A stretch of 64,000 nt of DNA. Source: Betaproteobacteria bacterium. Its GTDB lineage: Bacteria; Pseudomonadota; Gammaproteobacteria; Burkholderiales; SHXO01. The position numbers were made by a program, and so were the translations under genes. The notes under the pieces were generated by a model. That model saw only the letters and a list, made by a program, of their open reading frames with translations. It ran no database searches and was not told where the DNA came from. This document shows, one piece after another, positions 33,675 to 44,403 of this stretch (positions are counted from its first letter, which is position 1; each line of letters opens with the position of its first letter). Where the stretch lies: positions 6,280-70,279 of the forward strand of contig SHXO01000002.1 of NCBI GenBank assembly GCA_009693245.1, given 5' to 3'.

Positions 33675-36600
33675 ATGAACAAAACCACACAGCGCCTCCA
33701 CGATCTCCTGGGGGAACGCATCCTTCTGCTGGATGGTGCCATGGGCACCATGATCCAGGGCCACGGGCTGGACACGCATCACTACCATGGTGACCGCTTC
33801 CACGACCACCATTGCGACCAGAAGGGCAACAATGACTTGCTCACCCTGACCCAGCCAAAGGTCATCGCGAGCATTCACCAGGCCTACCTCGAAGCCGGCG
33901 CGGACATTCTGGAGACCAACACCTTCAACTCCTCCCGCATCTCCATGGCGGACTACTACATGGAGGATCACATCCTTGAACTCAACCGCGAGGGAGCCCG
34001 GCTGGCGCGCCAGCTCGCGGACGAATATTCCAAGAGCACGCCCCATAAGCCACGCTTCGTGGCGGGCGTACTGGGGCCCACGAACCGCACCGCCTCCCTC
34101 TCGCCCGATGTGAACGACCCTGGCGCCCGGAACGTGAGTTTCGACGAACTGGTGGCCGCCTACGGCGAGGCGGTCGAAGGGTTGGTGCAAGGCGGCTCTG
34201 ACTTGATTCTCGTGGAAACCGTGTTCGACACCTTGAACTGCAAGGCCGCCTTGTTCGCCGCCAGCGAGCACTTCGAACGCCATGGCATGGTGCTGCCTTT
34301 GATTATCTCCGGCACCATTACCGATCTTTCCGGGCGTACTTTGTCCGGCCAGACGGTGGAGGCTTTCTGGAACTCCGTCTCGCACGCCAAGCCCTTCGCG
34401 ATCGGACTGAACTGTGCCCTGGGCGCCAAGGAATTGCGGCCCTACATCGCCGAGCTTGCGCGCTTGGCGGATACTTTTGTGTCCATCCATCCCAACGCTG
34501 GCCTGCCTAATGCGTTCGGCGAGTACGACGAAACGCCGGCCCAGATGTCCGCTCTTCTGGACGAATTCGCGCGCGAGGGATTCTTCAACATCGTGGGAGG
34601 CTGCTGCGGCACGCGCCCCGAGCACATTCGCGCCATTGGCGATGCGGTCAAGAGCAGTGCTCCGCGCGCAGTGCCGGCAATCGAGAAGAAACTCCGCTTG
34701 TCCGGACTCGAGCCCCTCAACATAGGCGACGACTCGCTGTTCGTGAACGTGGGCGAGCGTACCAATGTCACGGGCTCCAAGGCCTTCGCGCGGCTCATCC
34801 TGTCCTCCAACTACAAGGACGCGCTCACGGTCGCGCGCCAGCAGGTGGAAAACGGCGCGCAGATGATCGACGTGAACATGGACGAGGGCATGCTCGACTC
34901 CAAGGCGGCCATGGTCACCTTCTTGAACCTCATCGCCTCGGAACCGGATATCTCCCGCGTGCCGCTGATGATCGATTCCAGCAAATGGGACGTGATCGAA
35001 GCGGGCTTGAAGTGCGTGCAAGGCAAGGCGGTGGTCAACTCCATCAGCATGAAGGAAGGCGAAGCGGAGTTCCTGCGCCAAGCCAAATTGGTGCGCCGTT
35101 ACGGCGCCGCGGCCATCGTCATGGCCTTCGACGAGCAAGGCCAGGCCGATACTCTGCAAAGGCGCAAGGACATCTGCGCCCGCGCCTACGATCTGCTCGT
35201 GAACCGGGTGGGATTCCCGCCCGAGGACATCATCTTCGATCCCAACATTTTCGCCGTGGCCACCGGCATCGAAGACCATAACAACTACGGCGTGGATTTC
35301 ATCGATGCCACGCGCCATATTCGAGCGCACTTGCCCTACGCGAAAGTGAGTGGCGGCGTATCCAACGTGTCCTTCTCCTTCCGCGGCAACGAGCCCGTGC
35401 GCGAGGCCATCCACACCGCTTTTCTTTACCACGCCATCCAGGCCGGCATGACCATGGGCATCGTCAACGCCGGGCAGATTGGCGTGTACGCGGAAATTAC
35501 CAAGGACTTGCTGGAGCGCGTTGAAGACGTGCTGCTCAACCGGCGGCCCGACTCCACCGAGCGCCTAGTGGCGTTCGCGGAATCCTTCAAGGGCCAGGGC
35601 AAGTCCGTGACGGAAGACTTGGCTTGGCGCAATGCCCCGGTCAACGAGCGCTTGGCTCACGCGCTGGTGAAAGGCATAGACACGTATGTCGTCGAAGATA
35701 CGGAAGAGGCGCGGCTCCAATTCGCGCGGCCCATCCAAGTCATCGAAGGCCCGCTGATGGACGGGATGAACGTGGTGGGCGATCTCTTCGGTGCCGGCAA
35801 GATGTTTCTGCCCCAGGTGGTCAAGTCCGCGCGCGTGATGAAGCAGGCGGTGGCTCATCTCGTGCCCTATATCGAGGCGGAAAAGCAAGCGAGCGGCGAC
35901 AAAACCAGCAAGGGCAAGATCGTGCTCGCCACGGTGAAGGGCGACGTCCACGATATCGGCAAGAACATCGTTGGCGTCGTTCTTCAATGCAACAACTTCG
36001 ACGTGGTGAACCTGGGCGTCATGGTTCCCGCGCAGAAAATTCTCGACACAGCCATCGCCGAAAAAGCCGACATCATCGGCCTCTCGGGCCTGATCACGCC
36101 ATCGCTCGAAGAGATGTCCCACGTTGCCAAGGAAATGCAGCGCCAAGGTTTCACCATTCCTCTGTTGATCGGCGGCGCGACCACCTCGCGCGTGCACACG
36201 GCCGTGAAGATCGAACCCGGCTACCACGGCCCCACTGTTTGGGTGCCCGATGCTTCGCGCAGCGTGGGCGTTTGCACGAGCTTGATCAGCGGCGAACTTC
36301 GCGGGGATTACGTCACGAAGGTAAAGGCGGAATCCCATCGCGTTCGCGAGCAACACAAGGGCAAGAAAGGCCAAGGGCCGTACTACACCATCGCGCAAGC
36401 CCGCGAGCATGGTGTGAAAACCGACTGGTCCGCGTATTCCCCGCCCGTACCCAAGCGGCTAGGCCTCATGCAATTCAACGATTACTCTTTGCAAGAGATC
36501 AGCGAGGTCATCGACTGGACACCGTTCTTCCAAACCTGGGAGCTGGCGGGCCGATATCCCAAAATCCTGCAAGACGAAGTCGTGGGTGAAACCGCCCGCA

Positions 36601-37385
36601 ACCTTTTCGCCGATGCGCAAGCCATGTTGAGGCGCATCATCGAGGAAAAGTGGTTGAGCGCCCATGGGGTCATCGGTTTGTTTCCGGCCAATCGCGTCGA
36701 TGGGACGGATGATATCGAGGTCTATGCGGACGACGTTCGTTCGCATGTCATCTCCCGCTTCCACTTCCTGCGCCAGCAGATGCAAAAGCCCGTGGACCGC
36801 GCCAATCTGTCTCTGGCGGATTACATCGCGCCGAAGTCGTTGGGAAAGAAAGACTACATCGGCGCCTTCGCCGTCACCAGCGGCACCGGCATCGACACTC
36901 GCGTGGCGGCCTATGAAGCCAAGCACGACGACTACAACTCCATCCTGCTCAAAGCCTTGGCGGACCGCCTCGCGGAAGCCTTCGCCGAGCTCATGCACCG
37001 CCGCGTGCGCCGCGAATTCTGGGGCTACGCCACGGATGAAGAAATTTCAGTGGAATATCTGATCGCCGAAAAATACCGAGGCATCCGTCCCGCGCCCGGC
37101 TACCCCGCTTGTCCCGATCATACCGAGAAGGGCGCGTTGTTTTCACTGCTTGAGGCCGAAGCCCGCGCGAAGATGAAACTGACCGAAAGCTACGCGATGC
37201 TCCCCGCCGCCGCGGTCAGCGGCTTCTACTTCTCTCATCCAGAGGCTCACTACTTCGCCGTCGGCCGCATCGATCAAGACCAAGTGAAGGAATACGCCCA
37301 GCGCAAGGGAAAACCCTTGGAGGAGGCGGAGCGCTGGCTGGCGCCGAATCTCAACTACGAGAGAACGCAGAAGGTGGCGGTGTAA
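33675..37385 (+). CDS. metH: cobalamin-dependent methionine synthase
   Basis: [28 protein letters not shown]... It has the Hcy-binding, pterin-binding, B12-binding (GDVHDIGKN) and AdoMet-activation domains. Length is about 1236 aa. Confidence 0.98.
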   Translation: MNKTTQRLHDLLGERILLLDGAMGTMIQGHGLDTHHYHGDRFHDHHCDQKGNNDLLTLTQPKVIASIHQAYLEAGADILETNTFNSSRISMADYYMEDHILELNREGARLARQLADEYSKSTPHKPRFVAGVLGPTNRTASLSPDVNDPGARNVSFDELVAAYGEAVEGLVQGGSDLILVETVFDTLNCKAALFAASEHFERHGMVLPLIISGTITDLSGRTLSGQTVEAFWNSVSHAKPFAIGLNCALGAKELRPYIAELARLADTFVSIHPNAGLPNAFGEYDETPAQMSALLDEFAREGFFNIVGGCCGTRPEHIRAIGDAVKSSAPRAVPAIEKKLRLSGLEPLNIGDDSLFVNVGERTNVTGSKAFARLILSSNYKDALTVARQQVENGAQMIDVNMDEGMLDSKAAMVTFLNLIASEPDISRVPLMIDSSKWDVIEAGLKCVQGKAVVNSISMKEGEAEFLRQAKLVRRYGAAAIVMAFDEQGQADTLQRRKDICARAYDLLVNRVGFPPEDIIFDPNIFAVATGIEDHNNYGVDFIDATRHIRAHLPYAKVSGGVSNVSFSFRGNEPVREAIHTAFLYHAIQAGMTMGIVNAGQIGVYAEITKDLLERVEDVLLNRRPDSTERLVAFAESFKGQGKSVTEDLAWRNAPVNERLAHALVKGIDTYVVEDTEEARLQFARPIQVIEGPLMDGMNVVGDLFGAGKMFLPQVVKSARVMKQAVAHLVPYIEAEKQASGDKTSKGKIVLATVKGDVHDIGKNIVGVVLQCNNFDVVNLGVMVPAQKILDTAIAEKADIIGLSGLITPSLEEMSHVAKEMQRQGFTIPLLIGGATTSRVHTAVKIEPGYHGPTVWVPDASRSVGVCTSLISGELRGDYVTKVKAESHRVREQHKGKKGQGPYYTIAQAREHGVKTDWSAYSPPVPKRLGLMQFNDYSLQEISEVIDWTPFFQTWELAGRYPKILQDEVVGETARNLFADAQAMLRRIIEEKWLSAHGVIGLFPANRVDGTDDIEVYADDVRSHVISRFHFLRQQMQKPVDRANLSLADYIAPKSLGKKDYIGAFAVTSGTGIDTRVAAYEAKHDDYNSILLKALADRLAEAFAELMHRRVRREFWGYATDEEISVEYLIAEKYRGIRPAPGYPACPDHTEKGALFSLLEAEARAKMKLTESYAMLPAAAVSGFYFSHPEAHYFAVGRIDQDQVKEYAQRKGKPLEEAERWLAPNLNYERTQKVAV

Positions 37386-37496
37386 GAGGCGCTGTGATTT
37401 CGTGCATTGGCGGCTTGCAGATGCGCAGTGACCATCGCAGCTTCGGCAACATCGGGGCGGGCAGTAGGCATGCGGCGACATGACCCCTGCGCCAAA

Positions 37497-37655
37497 CTAT
37501 GCCGGTTTCGGCTTCCTTGCTTTGAGCGGAAGGGCTTCCCGCTCCGTCGGCAGAGCATTGAATTCGGGGTCTTTGTGGATCAACAAGGCGCCCTGCTCCT
37601 GGGCGCAAGCGGCAATCCAGGCATCCGCGAGCGACAAGGAATACTCTGCCTTCAT
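37497..37655 (-). pseudogene. vapC: PIN-domain toxin VapC, C-terminal 52-codon remnant
   Basis: MKAEYSLSLADAWIAACAQEQGALLIHKDPEFNALP... matches only the last third of PIN toxins. Its ATG overlaps the vapB stop (ATGA). The N-terminal catalytic acidic residues are absent. Confidence 0.6.
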
Positions 37656-37876
37656 TCGCGCGCCAGTTCGTCGCGGCGCGCGGCGAGCAGCCGTTTCGTG
37701 GCGCCGCCTTTGCCTTGCCCGCGAAATGCCTCCACCGGATTGGCGCGCACCGGCACCACGCGGATCGTGCCATTTTCCAGTATCCACTCCAGGCGGTCTG
37801 CCGGGCTTAAACGAAATTGGCGGCGGATAGCCGCCGGAATGACGGTCTGCCCGCGATCAGTAATGGTGCTTCTCAT
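37652..37876 (-). CDS. vapB: AbrB/MazE/SpoVT-family antitoxin (VapB-like)
   Basis: 74-aa ORF reading MRSTITDRGQTVIPAAIRRQFRLSPADRLEW, a typical swapped-hairpin antitoxin N-terminus. Confidence 0.8.
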   Translation of the reverse strand: MRSTITDRGQTVIPAAIRRQFRLSPADRLEWILENGTIRVVPVRANPVEAFRGQGKGGATKRLLAARRDELARE

Positions 37877-38041
37877 GACGCCTCCAGGATGAATTACAAA
37901 TCAATCTAAAGTGTAATTCAGCTCCTGCGTGTTCGCAATACGAATCGATTCCGGGAAGAGAGCGTTATCGGCTCGGGCGCGGTGTTGAGGCGCTGCCGGT
38001 TGCGATCCTGAACAAGATTTCGCAGGATTAATTGCGTACCG

Positions 38042-39592
38042 GTGCAAACCCATGACACAACGTCACCACGGCTTCCCACAGGAGTCCATGGGACCAGTCC
38101 AACTCGGCAAAGTGATACCATCGGCGCTAACTTTGAACTTGCCGGTATTGCATTGACGATCCATGGAATCCTTCTTTACTGTTACCTATTGCTGTGTTCG
38201 GTTGGTGCGCTGACCCCGGCCTGGGCGGACGCACCCAGCCGCATTCATCACTACCGCCTTGAAGCCGATGAAGGATTGACTACCCTGAAGGCACGGGCAT
38301 GTTTTAACGGAGCGCCGCCACTATACTTGGTAGCGGAATCCCTGGATGCCTCCACCGCGCTTAAGGAGGCGCGCATCGAGGGCAGTCGCCGTGACCTTGA
38401 ACCCAACGGCACGGAACTCAAGCTGAAGGGCGCGGCACGCGATACCTGTGTTCTGTATACGGTGGACATTTCTCCCTCCGCGGCACGCCATGAACGCGGT
38501 GGTAACTTGAGCGGCTGGGCGGGCGACGATCTGGTGGTGGACGTCGGCCGTTGGTTTTGGCGCCCGCAGACGCTCGCGGCGGATGAGGATATCCGGCTGG
38601 AGTTCGTGCTGCCCGAAGGAGTGGCTATATCCGCGCCGTGGAAGCGCGATGAAGGCAGGGGAGGCGCGAACTTTCGTGCCGGGCATACTCCCGCGGATTG
38701 GCCTGCGGTGGTGGCTTTTGGCCGGTTCAAGGAAAACGTCATCGCCGTTCCAGGTGCGACATTGCGGGTCGCGGTGCTGGGCGTGACACCGAAGATCGAT
38801 GCTGCCCAGATCGCCGAATGGGTGCGCAACGCCGCGCTCGGCGTCACCACGGTCCACGGCAAGTTTCCGGTGCCTGAAGCGCGCGTGTTGGTGGTCCCCA
38901 ACGCCCAAGGCAATGAACCGGTGCCCTGGGCCTTTGTGCAGCGAGGCGGCGGCCCGTCCGCGCAATTTCTCATCAACCACCGCTTGCCGGCCGAGGCCTT
39001 CGTATCCGATTGGACCTTGTTCCACGAGCTGGCCCATCTGCTCTTGCCTTACATCGGTTCACAGGATGCCTGGTTGTCGGAGGGAGTGGCCAGTTATTAT
39101 CAAAATTTGTTGCGCGCGCGCCGCGGAGTCATCACGCCGCTGGATGCCTGGCAACGCTTGCACGCGGGATTCGAGCGCGGGCGCAAGAGCCAGATCGGCG
39201 TGACGCTGGCCGATGCCACGGAGCGCATGTATCTCAACGCCGGCTTCATGCGCGTGTATTGGCAAGGCGCGGCCATCGCGCTGCTGGCCGATTACAGGCT
39301 GCGCGTGCAAGGCCACCACTCCCTCGACAGCGCGCTGGGGGGGCTGGCTCGGTGCTGCTTGCCTTCGGATAAAACCTGGAGCGGGCGCGAGGTGTTGGAA
39401 CGACTGGATGCCATCACCAGCACTTCAGTTTTTACCGAACTGTATGACCGCTATATTCGCTCGGAAGCGTTTCCGGATTTGAGCGAGGTCTACCAGGGAT
39501 TGGGATTGCAGGTACAGGATAAGGAATTGCGGTTCACGGAGGGTTCACCGCACACCGCGTTGCGCGATTCGATGATGAGCATCCATGATTGA
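38042..39592 (+). CDS. secreted zinc metallopeptidase-like protein (HExxH, gluzincin/M61-like)
   Basis: 516-aa ORF with the motif TLFHELAHLLLPYIGSQDAWLSEGVASYY. A signal-like segment LLYCYLLLCSVGALTPAWA is present, so the true start may be TTG 38153. Confidence 0.6.
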   Translation: MQTHDTTSPRLPTGVHGTSPTRQSDTIGANFELAGIALTIHGILLYCYLLLCSVGALTPAWADAPSRIHHYRLEADEGLTTLKARACFNGAPPLYLVAESLDASTALKEARIEGSRRDLEPNGTELKLKGAARDTCVLYTVDISPSAARHERGGNLSGWAGDDLVVDVGRWFWRPQTLAADEDIRLEFVLPEGVAISAPWKRDEGRGGANFRAGHTPADWPAVVAFGRFKENVIAVPGATLRVAVLGVTPKIDAAQIAEWVRNAALGVTTVHGKFPVPEARVLVVPNAQGNEPVPWAFVQRGGGPSAQFLINHRLPAEAFVSDWTLFHELAHLLLPYIGSQDAWLSEGVASYYQNLLRARRGVITPLDAWQRLHAGFERGRKSQIGVTLADATERMYLNAGFMRVYWQGAAIALLADYRLRVQGHHSLDSALGGLARCCLPSDKTWSGREVLERLDAITSTSVFTELYDRYIRSEAFPDLSEVYQGLGLQVQDKELRFTEGSPHTALRDSMMSIHD

Positions 39593-40049
39593 AGCTCTGG
39601 TGGCCTATCTGCACTACACCTCGGTCATCGTCATGGGAGCCGCGCTGTTCACGGAGTACTCGCGCTGCCACGAGGATATGCAACCGCCTGATATCCGCGT
39701 TCTGGCAAGGGTTGACGTGGTGTACTTCATCGCCGCCATCGCCGTGTCGGCTACCGGCCTCGCACGCGTGTTTCTGCTGGGGAAAGGTGTTGCGTACTAC
39801 TTCCACAATCCGGTTCTCTATATCAAGCTCGCACTGTTCCTGGCGGTGGGCCTGCTGTCGATTCCGCCCACCTTGCAGTTCATCCGGTGGAACCGGGCCT
39901 TGAAGAGCGGGCAAGGGCGCATTCTCAACGGCGACCAGATCAGCGCCACGCGCCATTACTTGATCGCCGAACTCATCGTTTTTCTTTTCATTCCGCTCGC
40001 GGCAGTGATGATGGCGCGAGGCTTCGGCATTCAGGCTACGCCACCATGA
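39585..40049 (+). CDS. DUF2214-like integral membrane protein
   Basis: 154-aa ORF with 4 predicted TM helices. Its start overlaps the upstream stop by 8 nt (atgattga). Confidence 0.6.
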   Translation: MIEALVAYLHYTSVIVMGAALFTEYSRCHEDMQPPDIRVLARVDVVYFIAAIAVSATGLARVFLLGKGVAYYFHNPVLYIKLALFLAVGLLSIPPTLQFIRWNRALKSGQGRILNGDQISATRHYLIAELIVFLFIPLAAVMMARGFGIQATPP

Positions 40050-41458
40050 ACCCCATGTGTTTCTTACCGGCCTCTGATCTTGCCTCGATGATTCGCCGCA
40101 AGGAGGTCTCTTGCGAGGAGGTAATGCGGACTCATCTTGAACACATTGACCGCATTAACCCGGTGGTAAACGCCATCGTGACCCTGGTGCCAGATCAAGC
40201 GATGCAAGGGGCGCGAGAGGCCGACCGCCAAATCGCTCGCGGTGATGCTCTGGGTCCGTTGCATGGGTTGCCGGTGGCCCACAAGGACTTGATGGTCACG
40301 AAAGGCATTCGCACCACCTTCGGCTCGCCCATCTTCAAGGACTTCGTGCCCGAAGAGGATGGACTTATCGTGGAGCGATTGCGCGCGGCGGGGGCTATCA
40401 CCCTGGGCAAGACCAACACGCCGGAATTTGGCGCAGGCTCTCAGACATTCAACGCCGTGTTCGGGGCCACGAAGAATCCCTACGATCTTACCAAGACATG
40501 CGGCGGCAGCAGCGGCGGTGCGGCCGTGGCGCTCGCCTGTGGCATGGTGCCCATCGCGGACGGGAGCGATCTGGGAGGGTCTCTGCGTAACCCCGCGAGC
40601 TTCTGCAATATCGCGGGGTTTCGCCCTTCGCCAGGGAGGGTGCCCAATTGGCCCGTGCTCAACGCCTACTACCCCCTCTCCGTGGTGGGGCCCATGGCAC
40701 GCACGGTTCAAGATCTGACCCTCATGTTGAGCGCCATCGCCGGGCCGGATGCACGGGCGCCACTCTCCATCGCGCAGCCCGCTTCGGTCTTTGCGCAATC
40801 GCTGGGGCGAGATATCAAGGGGGTCAAGATTGCGTGGGGTTCGAATCTCGGTGGCTTCGAGGTAGACAGGCGCGTGAGCGCGGTGCTCGATAGTCACCGC
40901 CACGTGCTGGAGGATCTCGGTTGCATCGTGGAAAAGGCCCATCCGGATTTTCGGGATGCGGATGAAATTTTTCAGGTGCTGCGTGCCTATGCCTTCGAAA
41001 CCAACTTTGGCGAGTTACTGCCTTCCCACCGCCACCAGATGAAGGAGACCGTCGTCTGGAACATCGAGGCCGGACGCAAGCTCACCGGCGCGCAAGTGGG
41101 CCGCGCCGAGGCCAAGCGCACGGCGCTCTACCACCGGGTGCGAACGTTTATGGAACAATACGAGTACCTGGTGCTGCCAGTGGTGCAGGTTCCGCCCTTC
41201 GATATCGCCCAGGAGTACGTCACGCGGATCAACGGGCATAAGATGCAAACCTACATCGATTGGATGCGCTCCTGCTACTACATCACCGTGACGGGCTGCC
41301 CGGCCATCTCGGTGCCGTGCGGATTCACCGAGGAAGGCCTTCCCGTGGGGTTGCAGATCGTGGGAAGGCACCAACAGGATTTCGCCGTATTGCAATTGGC
41401 CTATGCATTCCAGGAACAAGTGCCATACTGGAAGCGCAGGCCCGCGATGTTCAACTGA
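40046..41458 (+). CDS. amidase (amidase-signature family)
   Basis: The start is the internal ATG that overlaps the upstream stop (ATGA). The AS signature GGSSGGAAVALACG and the motif KDLMVTKGIRTTFGS are present. Length is 470 aa. Confidence 0.9.
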   Translation: MNPMCFLPASDLASMIRRKEVSCEEVMRTHLEHIDRINPVVNAIVTLVPDQAMQGAREADRQIARGDALGPLHGLPVAHKDLMVTKGIRTTFGSPIFKDFVPEEDGLIVERLRAAGAITLGKTNTPEFGAGSQTFNAVFGATKNPYDLTKTCGGSSGGAAVALACGMVPIADGSDLGGSLRNPASFCNIAGFRPSPGRVPNWPVLNAYYPLSVVGPMARTVQDLTLMLSAIAGPDARAPLSIAQPASVFAQSLGRDIKGVKIAWGSNLGGFEVDRRVSAVLDSHRHVLEDLGCIVEKAHPDFRDADEIFQVLRAYAFETNFGELLPSHRHQMKETVVWNIEAGRKLTGAQVGRAEAKRTALYHRVRTFMEQYEYLVLPVVQVPPFDIAQEYVTRINGHKMQTYIDWMRSCYYITVTGCPAISVPCGFTEEGLPVGLQIVGRHQQDFAVLQLAYAFQEQVPYWKRRPAMFN

Positions 41459-41477
41459 CTCTCTCGAACCATAAAAC

Positions 41478-42308
41478 ATGAATGCTTCTACCTTCGCACG
41501 ACTTGTCTGTGCATTTTTTCTCTCGGCAACTACCTTCCTAGTCATGGCGCAAACGGACGCCCCAGCCGCCGAAGCGCAGGCCAAGCGCCCGCCCCGCCCT
41601 GGCCGCGTCTACATCAAGGACGTGGAGGGCATCTGGATGGCCCAGCAGTACATGAATGCGCTCAAAGCCACACGCTCACCGCGAGCGGCGGCACGCAAGT
41701 CCCAGCCCATCGTCATCCAACTCAAGAAAGAGAACTGGATCTACCCCATCTTGACCACGAATTTTCGCTCGGCGGTGTTGCAATTCATGATCGAAATCGA
41801 GCCGGATAAAAAGCCGCAATCCTGGCGCTTCGTCACCGCCAAGACCGAAGGCATCGTCAGTTCGAGCGACGTGATCTACAGCTACTTCACGGGCAAGCGC
41901 GGCATGACCGGTGCCTTTGAAACCTTGTCCCTGAAGGAACCGCACTTCGCCCAGCGCAAGAGCACTCTCTTCGCGCGGCTGGCCGAACCTCTGGAGGTCT
42001 TCGTCAATAAGAATACCGTGGCCGGCAAATACGAGGACGAGGACGGCAAACCCTACGAATTTAGCGGCGAGGGAGATGCCATGTTTCCTGATCGCAAATT
42101 CGCCTATGAAGTGCTGTTGGATACGGCGCAAGCAAGCTGTGACGTGCTAACGAGCCACCACGAGAAGGAGCCCGAAGGCAAGGAGCGCATCGGCTTTGCC
42201 GCCAAGGGCGATAAGCTTCTCTTGTACAAGACGCAATCCCTGTCCAAGGGTACGTGGCGTTGCGAAGCCAAACCCTTCGCCACGTTAACCCGCGGCGAAC
42301 AAGCTTAA
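41478..42308 (+). CDS. secreted hypothetical protein
   Basis: 276-aa ORF with a signal peptide (...FLVMAQTDAPA). I recognise no family. It lies 19 nt after the amidase. Confidence 0.55.
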   Translation: MNASTFARLVCAFFLSATTFLVMAQTDAPAAEAQAKRPPRPGRVYIKDVEGIWMAQQYMNALKATRSPRAAARKSQPIVIQLKKENWIYPILTTNFRSAVLQFMIEIEPDKKPQSWRFVTAKTEGIVSSSDVIYSYFTGKRGMTGAFETLSLKEPHFAQRKSTLFARLAEPLEVFVNKNTVAGKYEDEDGKPYEFSGEGDAMFPDRKFAYEVLLDTAQASCDVLTSHHEKEPEGKERIGFAAKGDKLLLYKTQSLSKGTWRCEAKPFATLTRGEQA

Positions 42309-42319
42309 GGAGAAAAGCC

Positions 42320-42775
42320 ATGTTGAATTACATTAAGACCGTATTACTAGGTGCCGCCGTCGCATTCGCCACACAAGCCCTCGCGGGTAACTGCGAAGAC
42401 ATCAACGCCCACGAAGCGCAGAAAGCCGAAGATGCCCGCTACGCCGCGCAAATGAATGACGACTTCGCCGCGATGGATAAGCTCTTCGCCGATGATTTGG
42501 TTTACACGCACTCCAGCTCCGTGGTCGATAACAAGAAGACCTATATCGAATCCATGACCTCGGGCACGGTGAAGTACAAGGTGATGCGCCGCTCGGATGT
42601 GACAGTGCGCACCTTCGGATGCATCGCCATCCTTACCGGCCTGGGGAATTTCGACGTGAGAGTGAAAGGGCAGGATCTTTCCGTGGAGTTGCGCTTCTCG
42701 AGCACATGGATCAAGCGCAATGGCGCGCCGCAATTCGTTTCCTGGCAGGCCACCCGCACGCCTGCTAAGCAGTAG
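42320..42775 (+). CDS. secreted NTF2-like protein (DUF4440/SnoaL-like)
   Basis: MLNYIKTVLLGAAVAFATQALA is a signal peptide. The DDFAAMDKLFADDLVYTHSSS pattern is typical of DUF4440. This is the internal ATG of track ORF 42254-42775, with the RBS aaggag. Confidence 0.65.
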   Translation: MLNYIKTVLLGAAVAFATQALAGNCEDINAHEAQKAEDARYAAQMNDDFAAMDKLFADDLVYTHSSSVVDNKKTYIESMTSGTVKYKVMRRSDVTVRTFGCIAILTGLGNFDVRVKGQDLSVELRFSSTWIKRNGAPQFVSWQATRTPAKQ

Positions 42776-42825
42776 CCGCCGGTTTTCCCTGAACCGCGAT
42801 TCCATCTTGAGCCCGTTGAGGCGCC

Positions 42826-44268
42826 ATGTCCGAAGCCAAAGAGCGACAGCCCCAGGAGGGCGTGCAGCAGGCGTTGCAACAAATCGTTGCCCTGCTGGAC
42901 AAGCAAAAGCTGGTCGAAAGCCTCGTGCACAAGCAGGAGATGCCGCGCCACGACCTAGTGGAATCCCTGGTCCACAAGCAACACCTCGCTGAACTTCAGA
43001 AGAAGCTCGACACCCTTCACGCCGCCGATATCGCCCACATCCTGGAGGCCTTGCCCCTGGATGAGCGGCTCTATGTTTGGGATCTGGTCAAGGCGGAGCG
43101 CGAGGGCGATATTTTGCTCGAGGTCTCCGAGCCTGTCCGCGAGACGCTCATCGCCTCCATGGAGCCGCAAGAGTTGTTGGCGGCGGCGGAATCCCTCGAT
43201 ACCGATGAACTGGCCGACCTCGCGCCCGACTTGCCGCAAGACGTCATGCAGGACGTCTTCAAGTCCCTTTCGCTCGAGGAGCGCGAGCAGTTGCGCGCCG
43301 CCATGTCCTACGAGGAAGACACGGTGGGGGCATTGATGGATTTCGATCTCGTCACCATACGCGAAGACATCACGCTCGAAACCGTGCTGCGTTACCTGCG
43401 CCGGCTGGACGAGTTGCCTGACCACACCGACCAATTGTTCGTTGTGGACCGCCGCGGGCGCCTGAAGGGGGCTTTGCCCATCAAGCGATTGCTGGTGCAA
43501 GACCTCGACAAGACCGTGGCGGAAGTGATGCACACCGGCATGTTGATGCTGCGCGCGCGCGACCGCGCCGAAGAGGCCGCCCAGGCCTTCGAACGCTACG
43601 ACTTGGTGACCGCGCCCGTCATCGACGAGCGCGCCAACCTGGTGGGCCGCGTGAGCGTGGACGCGGTGCTCGACTACGTGCGCGAAGCGGCCGAGAACGA
43701 ACGTCTCAATCTGGGCGGCTTGCGCGAAGAGGAGGATATCTTCGCCTCGGTGTGGGATGCCGCCAAGAACCGTTGGGCTTGGCTGGCCGTGAATCTGGTC
43801 ACGGCCTTGGTGGCCTCGCGCGTCATCAGCGTGTTCGAGGGCAGCATCGAAAAACTAGTGGCGCTGGCCGCCCTCATGCCCATCGTGGCGGGCATCGGCG
43901 GGAACTCCGGTAACCAGACCATCACCATGCTGGTGCGCGCCATAGCGCTCGGGCAGGTGAGCCGCATGAACGCGAAGCGCTTGCTGGCGAAAGAACTGCT
44001 GATCAGCTCGCTCAATGGCTTGGTTTGGGGCGGCATCATGGGTTTGATCGCCGTGGCGCTCTATGGTAGCTGGCTGCTGGGCTTGGTGATGGCCATGGCC
44101 ATGACATTGAATCTCGCCGTGGCGGCGGTCTTCGGTTTGGGAATTCCGTTGGTCCTGGACCGCTTCGGCCGCGATCCGGCAGTGGGCTCCAGCGTCATGA
44201 TCACGGCTATCACCGACAGCGGCGGGTTCTTTATTTTTCTCGGGCTGGCCACGCTGTTCTTGCTTTGA
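42826..44268 (+). CDS. mgtE: magnesium transporter MgtE
   Basis: 480-aa ORF with an MgtE N-domain, tandem CBS domains and a C-terminal TM domain carrying PIVAGIGGNSGNQ. Confidence 0.95.
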   Translation: MSEAKERQPQEGVQQALQQIVALLDKQKLVESLVHKQEMPRHDLVESLVHKQHLAELQKKLDTLHAADIAHILEALPLDERLYVWDLVKAEREGDILLEVSEPVRETLIASMEPQELLAAAESLDTDELADLAPDLPQDVMQDVFKSLSLEEREQLRAAMSYEEDTVGALMDFDLVTIREDITLETVLRYLRRLDELPDHTDQLFVVDRRGRLKGALPIKRLLVQDLDKTVAEVMHTGMLMLRARDRAEEAAQAFERYDLVTAPVIDERANLVGRVSVDAVLDYVREAAENERLNLGGLREEEDIFASVWDAAKNRWAWLAVNLVTALVASRVISVFEGSIEKLVALAALMPIVAGIGGNSGNQTITMLVRAIALGQVSRMNAKRLLAKELLISSLNGLVWGGIMGLIAVALYGSWLLGLVMAMAMTLNLAVAAVFGLGIPLVLDRFGRDPAVGSSVMITAITDSGGFFIFLGLATLFLL

Positions 44269-44403
44269 GAAGGGCGGCCATCACGAATGTCTCACGCTTC
44301 ATCACGCATTGTTCAATTTCGCGTTGGCTTCCGAACCGCGGCGGCTTAGCTAGCTCAAAGCCGCATCCGCGCCATCCCGGATTACCGTATAACGAGGCTA
44401 CGC

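Noticed and set aside
33450-35432. 660-aa minus-strand ORF opposite metH.
   Set aside because: It is antisense to the unmistakable metH reading frame. I recognise no motifs in it, and it is a GC-rich shadow frame.
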